This document shows positions 14,080 through 25,529 of a stretch of 64,000 nucleotides of DNA, in pieces. The stretch spans positions 9,009,646 through 9,073,645 of the forward strand of contig NC_057720.1 in NCBI RefSeq assembly GCF_004010195.1. The letters are read 5' to 3'. The notes beneath the pieces were generated by a model that saw only the letters and a list, made by a program, of their open reading frames with translations, had not been told where the DNA came from and made no database searches. Every line of letters starts with the position of its first letter. The first letter of the stretch is position 1. The position numbers and the translations under genes are program-made. This stretch comes from Chiloscyllium plagiosum. Lineage: Eukaryota.

Positions 14080-14472
14080 TTTCAACAGTCGGCCTGGCGT
14101 AGCAGTCTCCCCACCCATTGTAGTGGCGTCCCAGGACGATTCCTGGTATGGCATCCTCGCGGCCTGACATGGTGACCTTTTGGCCTGGCATGGTGGTCTG
14201 AAGTGACCTCCAGCCTCATGATCCTCAGGGTGAAGCCTGGCACTGTCTGGAGCCAGGTACTAAGGTGGACTGGAGGATAGGTGCCAGCGTGGTCCAGATT
14301 GGAAGACTGTTGTTCTGAACTTTTATTTCTGCAATGCTGGAGACTTTATTTCTCTATTTTTTCTAAGACCTTGTAGCTAAAGAAGTTGTACCTAGGTACC
14401 TTTGTACTCATTCAGTATATATGACAATAAAGCTAATTCATTCATTCATTCATTCATTCATTCATTCATTCA
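14080..14472 (+). mobile_element. Unclassified SINE-like element with Rex/Babar-like tail ending in (TTCA)n
   Basis: GC-rich body, then GTACTCATTCAGTATATATGACAATAAAG, then (TTCA)n at 14437-14472. Confidence 0.5.
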
Positions 14473-14636
14473 ACTGTTGACTTAACATCATGAGAGAAGC
14501 AACCTTAGTAGCTAGGAGATGTACTTCCCACATCTTCAGCTCTCTCAAAACTCCCCATATCCAAAAAGGACCCCAGAGTTTACATGTCAAACTGTCCAAG
14601 TATCAGAAATATCATTTCATCTTTATATGATTTGAC

Positions 14637-14936
14637 ATTAGATTCCCTACAGTGTGGAAACAGGCCATTTGGCCCAACAAGTACCCTCCGAAGAGTAACC
14701 CACCCAAACCCATTTCCCTCTAACTAATGAACCTAACTCTATGGGCATTTTAGCATGGCCAATTCACCTGACCTGCACATCTTTGGACTGTGGGAGGAAA
14801 CCAGAGCACCTGGAGGAAACCCACACAGACACGGGGAGAATATGCAAACTCCGCACAGTCACCCGAGGCTGGAATCGAACCTGGGTCTCTGGTGCTGTGA
14901 GGCAGCAGTGCTAACCACTGAGCCATCATGCCGCCC
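14637..14936 (-). mobile_element. HE1-like SINE, full length
   Basis: Head, body and tail intact. Confidence 0.9.
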
Positions 14937-15199
14937 TCCCTGCCCTGGAGAAGGTGGTAGTGAGCTGCCTTCTTGAACTGCTGCAATCCATGTGTTGTGG
15001 GTAGACCCACAATGCCCTTAGGGAGGGATTTCTAGGATTTTGATCCAGTGACAATGAAGGACTATGACCAACATCATTTATTTTTAATAAATTAATAATT
15101 TGTAATGCCCTTCCTTCTCTCTCCTTCTACCTTGCAAGTTTGTTTCTATGTATGGAGCAGCGAGACAATCCCCTCTCCACATTTTAGTACAGAATAGAA

Positions 15200-15770
15200 G
15201 AGCCTTTATTGCCATGGACACTCAAATCATTGCAGTGAAAAGTTTATAATGTCGACTCTTTGGCACCATCTTAGGTACAGGGTACCCAGGTACAGATACT
15301 TTAAGTGTTTGTTACAGAGTTGAAAGAGTAGAGAGAAAAGACGAGCATAGGAATACAAGGTTTTTAAAAAGTACTTGAATTGTTTGAAGTTCAGACGAAG
15401 AATAACAAGTAACTTTAAAAAGTACTCAAGTTCTAGTCCTTTTCACTGAGTCCGTGCCTGCTGAACTTCAGAACTCAAGGCCTCGCTGCCTCCACGTGTA
15501 GGCCTCTGGCCCAGAACTTGTCTCTGAGACTCGTCTCCAGGTCTCGTCTCCCAGTCTGGGACTGCCTCCCACTCCATGCTCCGGCCCACTAGAACTCGCC
15601 TCTCACGCTGGTATGATCTCTGACCTGTCTCCCACCATAGGTCTCCCCTCCGTTTGCCATTCCTCCCAGGTAAGTTTAAGGTGTTAAAAGTTGTGGGGTG
15701 AAGGAAAGACTTCAATAAAGAGAAGGAAAAAAGAAAGAAAAAGGAAAAGGAACTGGTGTACAGGGTGTAC
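15200..15770 (-). mobile_element. Unclassified SINE-like element with Rex/Babar-like tail
   Basis: Minus strand: pyrimidine tract, GC-rich repetitive body, GTACCTAAGATGGTGCC, AAACTTTTCACTG..GGCAATAAAG. Confidence 0.5.
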
Positions 15771-15774
15771 AGGA

Positions 15775-16155
15775 GGTGTACAGGGACTGGATGTCCATGG
15801 TGAAGATAAGGCGTTGGGGACCGGGAAAGCGAAAATCATGGAGGAGATGGAGGGGTTGGGTGGTGTCCCGAACGTAGGTGGGGAGTTCTTGGACTAAGGG
15901 GGACAGGACCGTGTCGAGGTATGCAGAGATGAGTTCGGTGGGGCAGGAGCAGGCTGAGACAATGGGTCGTCCGGGGCATTCAGGTTTGTGGATTTTGGGT
16001 AGGAGGTAGAAACGGGCAGTGCGGGGTTGTGGGACTATGAGGTTGGAGGCAGTGGATGGGAGATCCCCTGAGGTGATGAGGTTATGGATGGTCTGGGAGA
16101 TGATGGTTTGGGGGTGGGTGGTTGGGTCATGGTCAAGGGGGCAGTAGGAGGAGGT
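15775..16155 (-). mobile_element. Penelope-like element, RT fragment
   Basis: PRTARFYLLPKIHKPECPGRPIVS..FTMDIQSLYT (PLE RT motifs). Confidence 0.92.
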
Positions 16156-16908
16156 NNNNNNNNNNNNNNNNNNNNNNNNNNNNNNNNNNNNNNNNNNNNN
16201 NNNNNNNNNNNNNNNNNNNNNNNNNNNNNNNNNNNNNNNNNNNNNNNNNNNNNNNNNNNNNNNNNNNNNNNNNNNNNNNNNNNNNNNNNNNNNNNNNNNN
16301 NNNNNNNNNNNNNNNNNNNNNNNNNNNNNNNNNNNNNNNNNNNNNNNNNNNNNNNNNNNNNNNNNNNNNNNNNNNNNNNNNNNNNNNNNNNNNNNNNNNN
16401 NNNNNNNNNNNNNNNNNNNNNNNNNNNNNNNNNNNNNNNNNNNNNNNNNNNNNNNNNNNNNNNNNNNNNNNNNNNNNNNNNNNNNNNNNNNNNNNNNNNN
16501 NNNNNNNNNNNNNNNNNNNNNNNNNNNNNNNNNNNNNNNNNNNNNNNNNNNNNNNNNNNNNNNNNNNNNNNNNNNNNNNNNNNNNNNNNNNNNNNNNNNN
16601 NNNNNNNNNNNNNNNNNNNNNNNNNNNNNNNNNNNNNNNNNNNNNNNNNNNNNNNNNNNNNNNNNNNNNNNNNNNNNNNNNNNNNNNNNNNNNNNNNNNN
16701 NNNNNNNNNNNNNNNNNNNNNNNNNNNNNNNNNNNNNNNNNNNNNNNNNNNNNNNNNNNNNNNNNNNNNNNNNNNNNNNNNNNNNNNNNNNNNNNNNNNN
16801 NNNNNNNNNNNNNNNNNNNNNNNNNNNNNNNNNNNNNNNNNNNNNNNNNNNNNNNNNNNNNNNNNNNNNNNNNNNNNNNNNNNNNNNNNNNNNNNNNNNN
16901 NNNNNNNN
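16156..16908. other. Assembly gap
   Basis: Run of N. Confidence 1.
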
Positions 16909-17137
16909 TACCACCCCACCAACCTCCATGTACAACGTATCATCCGCCGTCATTTCCGCCACCTCCAAACGGACCCCACCACCAGGGATATATTTCCCTC
17001 CCCTCCCCTCCCCTATCAGCGTTCCGAAAAGACCACCCCCTCCGTGACTCCCTCGTCAGGTCCACACCCCCCACCAACCCAACCTCCACTCCCGGCACCT
17101 TCCCCTGCGACCGCATCTGCAGTCCTCACTTTCTCCT
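16909..17137 (+). mobile_element. Penelope-like element, RT-to-GIY-YIG linker plus terminal piece
   Basis: YHPTNLHVQRIIRRHFRHLQ..AFRKDHPLRDSLVRS..PGTFPC, then GCATCTGCAGTCCTCACTTTCTCCT. Confidence 0.88.
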
Positions 17138-18569
17138 TGAATATGTTTTGATGCTTTATTGATAGATTCCACCTTTAGTTTTAACTGAAAAGATTTTTAA
17201 TGGACTTGTTTCTAAGTTTGGAAGTTAGCTGGCAGACCTGCTGAGTTTTCCAGCAGTTTCTGTTTTTGTTCTCGACAGAAGAAATGTCTGGGAACTTTAC
17301 AAAGAAAGGCGCCCTTTTCTTTCTAACATTTGTTTTCTCTCTCAAATAGCATTAACTGTGGCAAAATGTTCCTGTTAATTAAATCATTGATGCTTTAGGG
17401 ACCACGCTGTGAGAAAATTGCCTGCTGTTTGCTATGTCAAAACAATGGCTTCACTCGAAAATTATCTCAGTGGATGTGAAGAGTTTCCTGAACATCTTGA
17501 GATGGAAGGACAGGATCTTTTCTGTTGTGGGCAAATCTAGAACTGGGAATCATTCTTTACAAATTCGGTCACCCATTTAAGACAGAGATGAGGAGAATCC
17601 TTCTCCTCACAGGGGGTTTTTGGAACTCTCTCCCTCAAAAGGTGATGGAAGTTGGGGGTGAATATTTTTAAAGGTGGAGGTAAAGATATTCTTGTTAATC
17701 AAGATGGTGAATATTGATTAGGAATCAATAGAAACATAATCAGATCAGTTTGAATCCCTACGGTGTCAAAGCAAGCCCTTCAGCCTGTCGAGTCTATGCA
17801 CCCCTCTGAAGAGCAACCCATCCCACTACCCTACAACACTACACTTTCCATGGCCAATCCACCTCACCTGCACATCATTGAACTGTAGGAGGAGACTCAC
17901 ACAGACACAGGGAGAACATGCAAGCTCCGCTCAGGCAGTTACCCAAGGCTGGAATCAAACCAGGTTAACTAGCACTGTGAGGCAGCCGTGCTAACCAGTA
18001 AGCCACTCTTAACTTCGTCATAAATGGATGAAGCTAGTACAAGGGCCTGAGTGACATTCACCTGCTCCTAATTTGCCTATACAGATGAAGAAAAGTGCCA
18101 GAGAAATACAAATTTTTTTTTTTAGGTCTGACCTGCTTGAACCATATAATTACTATCGAAGTGAGCACATTTATATTTAACAACTCCCCCATTTACTTGG
18201 TTATCTCATTTTTAACCTAATCCCAACAGACTGACATTCTGCTAAAACAGAATTTGGCTTTTTTGTGACAATTTCCTAACTGCATTTGATTAGGGCCTTT
18301 CACTGGGGAGTTTTATTTCACAAACGAAAGGTCTCGCAACACAATTAATCATGTTCCTCTTGCTAAATGACTTCCTGTATGTGTTAGCGTTTGAACATTT
18401 CCTGCTTCCTAACCTCCTCATCTCCCAGGTGGCTATGCTGAGAACAGATGATTGGCCAGCAATGGGAGCTGTGACATTCAACAAACTTTGATAGTTAATG
18501 GCACATTTACAGTGAAAACCAGAAAGAAGTCAATCACTGCCTGTTTCAATGGGAATTAGAAACAAGCAC

Positions 18570-18778
18570 CATAGTCCTACGAGACCACAGGGTGCTATTT
18601 CATTAGAAAGTGACCAGTTGGTGTTGGTTTAATGTAAGGGACACCACACCTCAAGTGAGGAGAGAGGTTGAGTATGGGAATTCTTCATGGTCACCTCAAC
18701 CAGTGTTGGAGTTGACAGTGGACTGTTAGCATCATTGTATATTGCAAATCAGGCATTCAGCCAACTGAGTTACTAATG
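18570..18778 (-). mobile_element. tRNA-derived SINE (third family); second copy ~21880-22080
   Basis: Minus-strand head AACTCAGTTGGCTG; the two copies align by eye. Confidence 0.6.
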
Positions 18779-18887
18779 CCCTGTCTGCTATGAGCATTAT
18801 GGGGTGGGTGGGGAGTTTGGTTGGTAGGAAATTTTACATTCCAGACATGAAATGGATGGGAGACTGAATGTCCCTCCTCCACTTATT

Positions 18888-19370
18888 TAGAATCCTAGAA
18901 TCATAGAATCCCTACAGTGTGGAAACAGGCCATTCGGCCCAACAAGTCTATACCGACCCTCCGAAGAATAACTCACCAAGACCCATTCCCCCTACCCTAT
19001 ATTTAGCCCGAACTAATGCACCTAACCTTCACCATCCTTGAACACAATGGGCAAATTAGAATCCGAGAATCACTGAATCCCTACAGTGTGGAAACAGCCA
19101 TTTGGCCCAACAAGTCCACACTGACCCTCTGAAGAATCACTCATCCAGACCCATTCCCCCTACCCTGCATTTATCCCTAACTAATGCACCTAACCTGCAC
19201 ATCCCTGAACACAATGAGCAATTTAGCATGGCCAATTCACCTAACCTACATATCATGCAACCATGGGGAGAACATGCAAACTCTACACAGACAGTTGCCC
19301 AAGAATGGAATCAAACCCAAGTCCCTGGCACTGTGAGACAGCAGTGCTAATCATTGAGCCACCATGCCAC
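18888..19370 (-). mobile_element. HE1-like SINE with a second, truncated 3' end in tandem
   Basis: GAATCCCTACAGTGTGGAAACAG tail occurs at ~18906 and ~19076. Confidence 0.82.
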
Positions 19371-20039
19371 TGGTCTATTTTCATAGGTTGACACTTCCTT
19401 ATTCATTCCTGAGGCATGGGCATCTTTGCTCACTCTGAATTCATTGGATGAGGGTGTCACTGGCCAACACAGTATTTATTGCCCATCCCTAATTGCCCAG
19501 AGGGCAGTTCAGAGTCAACCACATTGCTGTGGGCCTGGCCCACATTAGGCCACACCAGGTAAGGATGGCGGTTTCCTTCCCGAAAGGGACATTAATGAAC
19601 CAGATGGTTTTTTTCCCTAACCATTGGCAATGGATTCATGGTCATCGTTAAACTCTTATTTCCAAATATTTTTTATTGAAATCAAATTCCACCATCTTCC
19701 ATGGCAGGATTTGAACCACAATCCTGATGAAGGGCTTTTGCCTGAAACATTGATTTTCCTGCTCCTCAGATGCTGCCTGACCTGCTGTGCTTTTCCAGCA
19801 CCACTCTAATCTTGACTCTTCTCTTAGTGCCGTTGAAAAGGTGTTTGTGAACTGCCTTCTTGAACCTGCTGTGGGTTGACCCACAATGCCTTTAGAGAGG
19901 AAATTCCAGGATTTTCCCCTAGCGACACTGAAGAAACAGTGATATATTTCCCAGTCAGGAAGACGGGTGGCTTGGAGGGGAACATGCATGGGGTGTTGTC
20001 CCCATGTAACTGCAGCCCTGGAAGTGGTCGTAGGATTAT

Positions 20040-20295
20040 AGAACATAGAACATAGAACAATACAGCACTATTCTCAGCTCGTCCCCCTACGCTATCCCAA
20101 AATCATCCATGTGCTTATCTAAGGATTGTTTAAATCTCCCTAATGTGGCTGAGTTGACTACATTACTCTGTGTAAAGAACCTGCCTCTGACATCTGTCTT
20201 AAATCTATCACCCCTCAATTTGTAGTTATGCCCCCTCGTACAAGCTGACGTCATCGACCTAGGAAAAAGTCTCTCTCTGTCTACCCTATCTAATT
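20040..20295 (-). mobile_element. Short CR1 3' end inserted in an older LINE (19828-20415)
   Basis: (ATAGAAC)n tail; host LINE resumes after 20295. Confidence 0.7.
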
Positions 20296-22619
20296 AGAAG
20301 GTGCTGTCTGAGGACCATTGGTGAACTTCGGCAGTGTATCTTGTAGATAGTACACACTACTGCTCCTGAGCGTCGGTGGTGTAGGGAGAGGATGCTTGTG
20401 GATGTGGTGCCATGTGAATATCGGATCAGCCACGATCCTATTGAATGGGAGAGCAGGCATGAGGGGCCAAATGGCCTACTTCTGTTCCCATGTTCTTATT
20501 TTAACTGTTCCTTTCTATCAAATCACGGAAAGCTAGTAGGAGTAGGAATGTAATGCTAATACCATTTTATTTGTAGTTCAGAAACCTGGGGATGTGAGTT
20601 GAAATCCCACCTTGGCAGATAGTGAAGTTTGAATTCAATTTAAAATATGGAATTAAAAGTCAGACCATGCCACCACTGTTGACTGTTGCAAAAACCATCT
20701 GGTTCACTGACGTGTTTAGAGAATGAAGTCCACCATCCTTACTTGGTCTGGCCTAAATGTGACTCCAGACCCACAGCAATGTGGTTTATGCTGAACTGCC
20801 CTCTGGGTAATAAATACTGAGCTAGCCAGTAACGCACATATCTCACATGTGAAAAAAGAAGTTAAACTATTCCATTTGGTACAAAGCACCATTCCCTGAC
20901 ATTTGCACTGAACTTTACTCTTAACAATTTGCCCAATTCTTAAAGTATTCTGGGAGAAGTAGGTGCAAGTGGGGACTGCAGGTGCTGGAGCTCAGAGTCA
21001 AGAGTGTGGTGCTGGAAAAGCACAGCAGGTCAGGGAGCGTCCGAGGAGCAGTAGAATCAATGTTTCCTAATGAAGGATTTATGCCTGAAATGTTGATTCT
21101 TCTGCTCCTCGGATGCTGCTCGATCTGTAATGTTTTTCCAGCAACACACTCTCTTTCTCGGGTATAAGTAGGTGTGTAGTTTAAGGCTAACAGAATGGAA
21201 GCTCTCAACCATGGAAAATCTGCACTTATACAGTCAAGTGAGTCTCTGAAGTCAACTCAGTTTACCCAATCCTACTCTTAAAATTCAATCAGACCTTCAT
21301 AAGAAAGAGCTTTGTCCATAAAACAAGAGAGGAAGGAGGGGCAGAAGTGAAACCTTTGAGATGTTCCCTCATCTAATTAGACCTTCTACCTCAAGTCTAC
21401 TTTCCCTCTCTATTCCCAAGCTCTTTGATTCCTTTTCTGTGTGAAACATCCAATCTCAATCTTGAACACGTTCAATGACTGAACGATTTTCTTCACTGAC
21501 TTCAACTCCAAAGTGGACATCCAGATTGGAATTAATGATTTGAAATGGAGGGGTGAATATTTGGAACATGCTTCCTTATATGTCAGCTCAGATGTATGAC
21601 ATGAAAAAATTCAAAAGAGAATTGGATAGAGCTTTGGAAGAGAAAGTGGGTCAGAGGCATGAAGAGGGTTTAATGAGATCAGGCCACATGGAGGACATAA
21701 CTGTCTCTCTGATCCAGCATTGGAAGTTCTTTAAGGCAAAAACAATTGAACTACAAATAACAGAAGCCTGAAAAATAGAGCAGAAAATGTCAGAAATGCT
21801 CAGGATTTAAGGCAGTGGGTATGTGACGAAGAATGGAAGGCTTCCAACATGCTGCTTGGGGAGATTCTTAGGGTAAAGTTTCCGCTGTCTTATCAGGCAC
21901 ATGGGGCTGCTCCCTTGTTTTCGAGGGAGATGACTGGTGATGGTTTAACCTGAGGGCCCCGATGCCTCAGGTGGGGGGAGGAATTAAGAAGGAGAGTCCT
22001 TGATGGCAACATCAGCTGGTGTAGGAATTAAACCCACACCACATTGCAAAATGACCATCCAGCCAACTGAGCTAACCGACCTGTAATAGAGTTACCAAAT
22101 GCAACGGGGCAGGTTAATGCTCCGGGGCATGGTTTCAAGTCCCACCAGAAGAGCTGGTTTGATTTTAACTCTAATTAAATATAGTCTGTAATGTCCTTGC
22201 AGTGTGGAAAAAGGCCATTCAGTCCATTAAGTCTGCACTGACCGTCCAAAGAGCATTCCACCAAGACCACCTCCACCAACACCCCTGGACCTCATCCCCG
22301 GACCCTAAGCCTTCAACCTTGCATTCCCGTGGCTAATCTACCTAGCCTACACATGTCCAGTCACTATGTGCAATTTCCAGTGGTTAGTCGCCCAAGACAG
22401 CACACCTTTGGACTGTGGGAGGAAACTGGAGGACACATAGGAAACCCACACAGGCACAGGGAGAATGTGCAAATTCCACACAGACAGTGCCCCATGGTTG
22501 GAATCCATTTAATCTCCATGAGAAAATCATGAAAATATCATCAATTGTCAAAACAACCCATTGATTTCACTCATTCCCTTTAGATATATTTGATATTATG
22601 GTCTACATAATATCCCTCT

Positions 22620-23230
22620 TAACTGGCTTCACTTCCCTCATAACTGGCTTCAAAAGGGTCATTACAAATGATAGTAAAATGCAGACATTGCCAGTGAAAT
22701 ACCTGTAAAAGAATGTTCCACTTTTCACAAATACAGCATCCAAGATGAGTTGTAGCCAACTCAGTACAGTGATTGTGATGCCTGAAAGAATCAATGACAA
22801 ATTATGACAGGAATTCAATAAATCCTTGAGGGTCAAAGGATGACGTGATGGGAAAGAGCTAGGGGATGTGGATTAGGCACTTTGTTTGTTCCCTCTGACC
22901 AAGTTAAGAATGCCACAGCCAACACCTTCAACAATAACTGTGACACTCTAAGGAGAGAATTTGAAGTTGAGGCAAAAGTTGAGGCATTCCAGGATGGGCC
23001 TGAAATTGTGAACTACTGTTGTAAAGAAGATCAGGATCTAATAGCATTTGACATGGTCCAGTCAGGTCTAACTCTGTATGTCTCATACATGTGTGGATGA
23101 GGGAAATGACCAGGGGGATAGAGAGGGGAATATGTTGTATCGCGTTGCTAGCATCAAGACTACAGGTGAGTTGATCAATGTGCACTGCCTGAGGTAACCA
23201 AGCCAATACTGAAGTGTCTTAGTTTCTGAT
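22620..23230 (-). mobile_element. Ancient L2-like RT relic
   Basis: LSGITITVLSWLQ resembles the LINE RT GISGTVLSWF segment; heavily decayed. Confidence 0.35.
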
Positions 23231-23307
23231 GGAAACCCTTGGTCTCAGAACACCTACTGGTCATGGACTCCAGCATAAAATGCAATTTGAAACAGTCCTA
23301 GTGGAAC

Positions 23308-23519
23308 GTTGAGAGTGTGGTGCTAGAAAAGCACAGCAGGTCAGGCAACATCCGATGAGCAGGAGAATAGGCGCTTCAGGCAAATGCCCTTCATCAAGAA
23401 TCGGGTTTTGCCTGAAACATCGACTCTCCCGCTCCTCGGATGCTACCTGACCTCTTGTGCTTTTCCAGCAACATACTCTTGACTCTAATCTCCAGCATCT
23501 GCAGTCTTTACTTTCGCCA
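23308..23519. mobile_element. Penelope-terminus palindromic insert
   Basis: Inverted arms; flanking direct repeat AGTGGAAC. Confidence 0.75.
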
Positions 23520-24919
23520 AGTGGAACTGTTAGCAGACTTGTAAATTAGAGAGCCAGGTTAATGTGGGGAAACTAATTCAACATCCCTTGGCAACTGGTG
23601 GAATGTGAATTTGATTAACAACCCTGGAATTGAAAGCTAATCTTAATAATGACGACGGCGAAATGATCTTTGATGGGTGCAAAAACCTTTCTAACCTTTG
23701 GAAAGAAAGTCTATGTTATTTTGAATTCATTTATCGCTGGCTAGGAAAACATTTATTGCCCATCCTTAATTGTCCAGAAGATATTTAAGTATCAACCGCA
23801 TTGCTGTGGGTCTAGAGTCACATGTAGGTCAAAGCAGGCGAGAATCTTAGATTTCCTTCCCCAGAGAGAATTAAAATGCATTCCTGGTTCAGTCAATAGT
23901 GATTGCCATTGAATCATAGAATCCCTACTGACATGGAAGCAGGCCATTCAGCCCATCAAGTCTGCATCGACCCTCTGAAGAATGTTGCACTCAGACCTAC
24001 CCACTACCCACTCCCTGTAACCTCACATTTCCTATGGTTAATCCACACTGCCTTCACACTGCTGGACACTATGGGCAATTTAGCTTGCTTTTAATTCACA
24101 ATTTTTTAATTGAATTCAAAGTTCACCAACTGACATGATGGGTTTCAAGCCCATGTCCTCAGAACATCAGTCTGGACATACGTTCCAATTATTAGTCCAG
24201 TGACTACACCACAACTCTCCTGCCTGTCCTCACCCTATCTCACTCTTGACTTGCAAAAGTGTATTGATTCCAAATGACATTCTTACACATCCGAGGAAGC
24301 CACTCAGTTCAAAGGGCAATTAGACATTGACAAAAAAACACTGGTCTGGTCAGTGACGCTCACATCCCATGAACATACTAGAAGAAAATGCCATTAGCTT
24401 AAAGCCAACACAACTCTATTGTGTGTATAACTCAAAACAAAACTTAGAAAGCCTCCTTATTTGTGAAGACAATGCTTTCCTCAGCTTTATGTAACAGTAG
24501 AATAGAAACATTTGATGCATTGCAAATCTCCAGTTAAGTGGGATTTTGAACACTAAATCTGCCCTTGGATTATAGTGTTATGGCAAGAGTACAAGGCTCA
24601 AGGAGTCCCAGGGGACCCTTATATCTGTCCTTACTCTGGTCCAATTAAATTACTGAAGTCATGGGTAATTGACTAATTTTACTGCACACTGCACACTTCA
24701 TGTGTGACTTAAGGCATCATGATAATGAGCTGACAATGATGCAGCAAGGTCTCCACAGCATTCCTTGCATACAGAACAACCTCTCAGTGCACTTCACTCG
24801 GCAATAGATAAAGAGAGAACACGGAGTAGAAAAGACAAAGGAAAGATAAGGAGTTAATGACCACTTGAATAATGATCATCCACTGAAAACCTGGAAACAA
24901 ACAAAAAGACATAGGCTCC

Positions 24920-25195
24920 CTCGTGCTGTTCAGGGAGAGGTGGGCACCGCAGGGAGAGTGGAGTGTTTTATTTCCCCCTCCAACTCTATTTTGATTTAAT
25001 CCCTGCCCTTCCCCTTCACTGTTATGATCATGCAGCATTGCTCTTTGATGAGAAGGGCATTACTTGTCACTGGCCACTCTTGTGGCCACTCTTCTTCCTT
25101 GTGGTGGAACACAAATAAAGATTTACACACTTGTTGTTCTTCACTGTAGGGGAAAAAAGAAGAGCAAAAAGAAACAAAAAAAAAAGGAAAAGAGA
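24920..25195 (+). mobile_element. Tx1/L1-clade 3' end (family B) with A-rich tail
   Basis: LFRERWAPQG..CFISPSNSILI* plus 3'UTR, matching 59908-60260 and 60273-60600. Confidence 0.75.
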
Positions 25196-25529
25196 CAGGC
25201 ACTGAGACAGGACCCTCCAGCAAGTTAAGTGAAGGTAAGTTTCCATGATATCAAATTCTGTTAAAAATAATTGTGGAGCTTGCAGTTTTTTAGATTCCTT
25301 TCTGGAATGTGTTAGGCTGACATTTATTGCTCATTCCTAACTACCCTAGAGAAGTTGCTCATGAGCTGCCTTCTTGAACCATTGCAGTCCTTAAGGATGT
25401 AGGAATGCCCACAATGCAGGGAGGCAAAAGTGAGGACTGCAGATGCTGAAGATCAGAGTCACAGAGTCATAGAGATGTACAGCATGGAAACAGACCCTTC
25501 AGTCCAACATGTCCATGCCAACAAGATAT

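Noticed and set aside
15712..17162. Long ORFs of 300-418 aa
   Set aside because: Artefacts of reading through N runs; the same applies to 48783-49385
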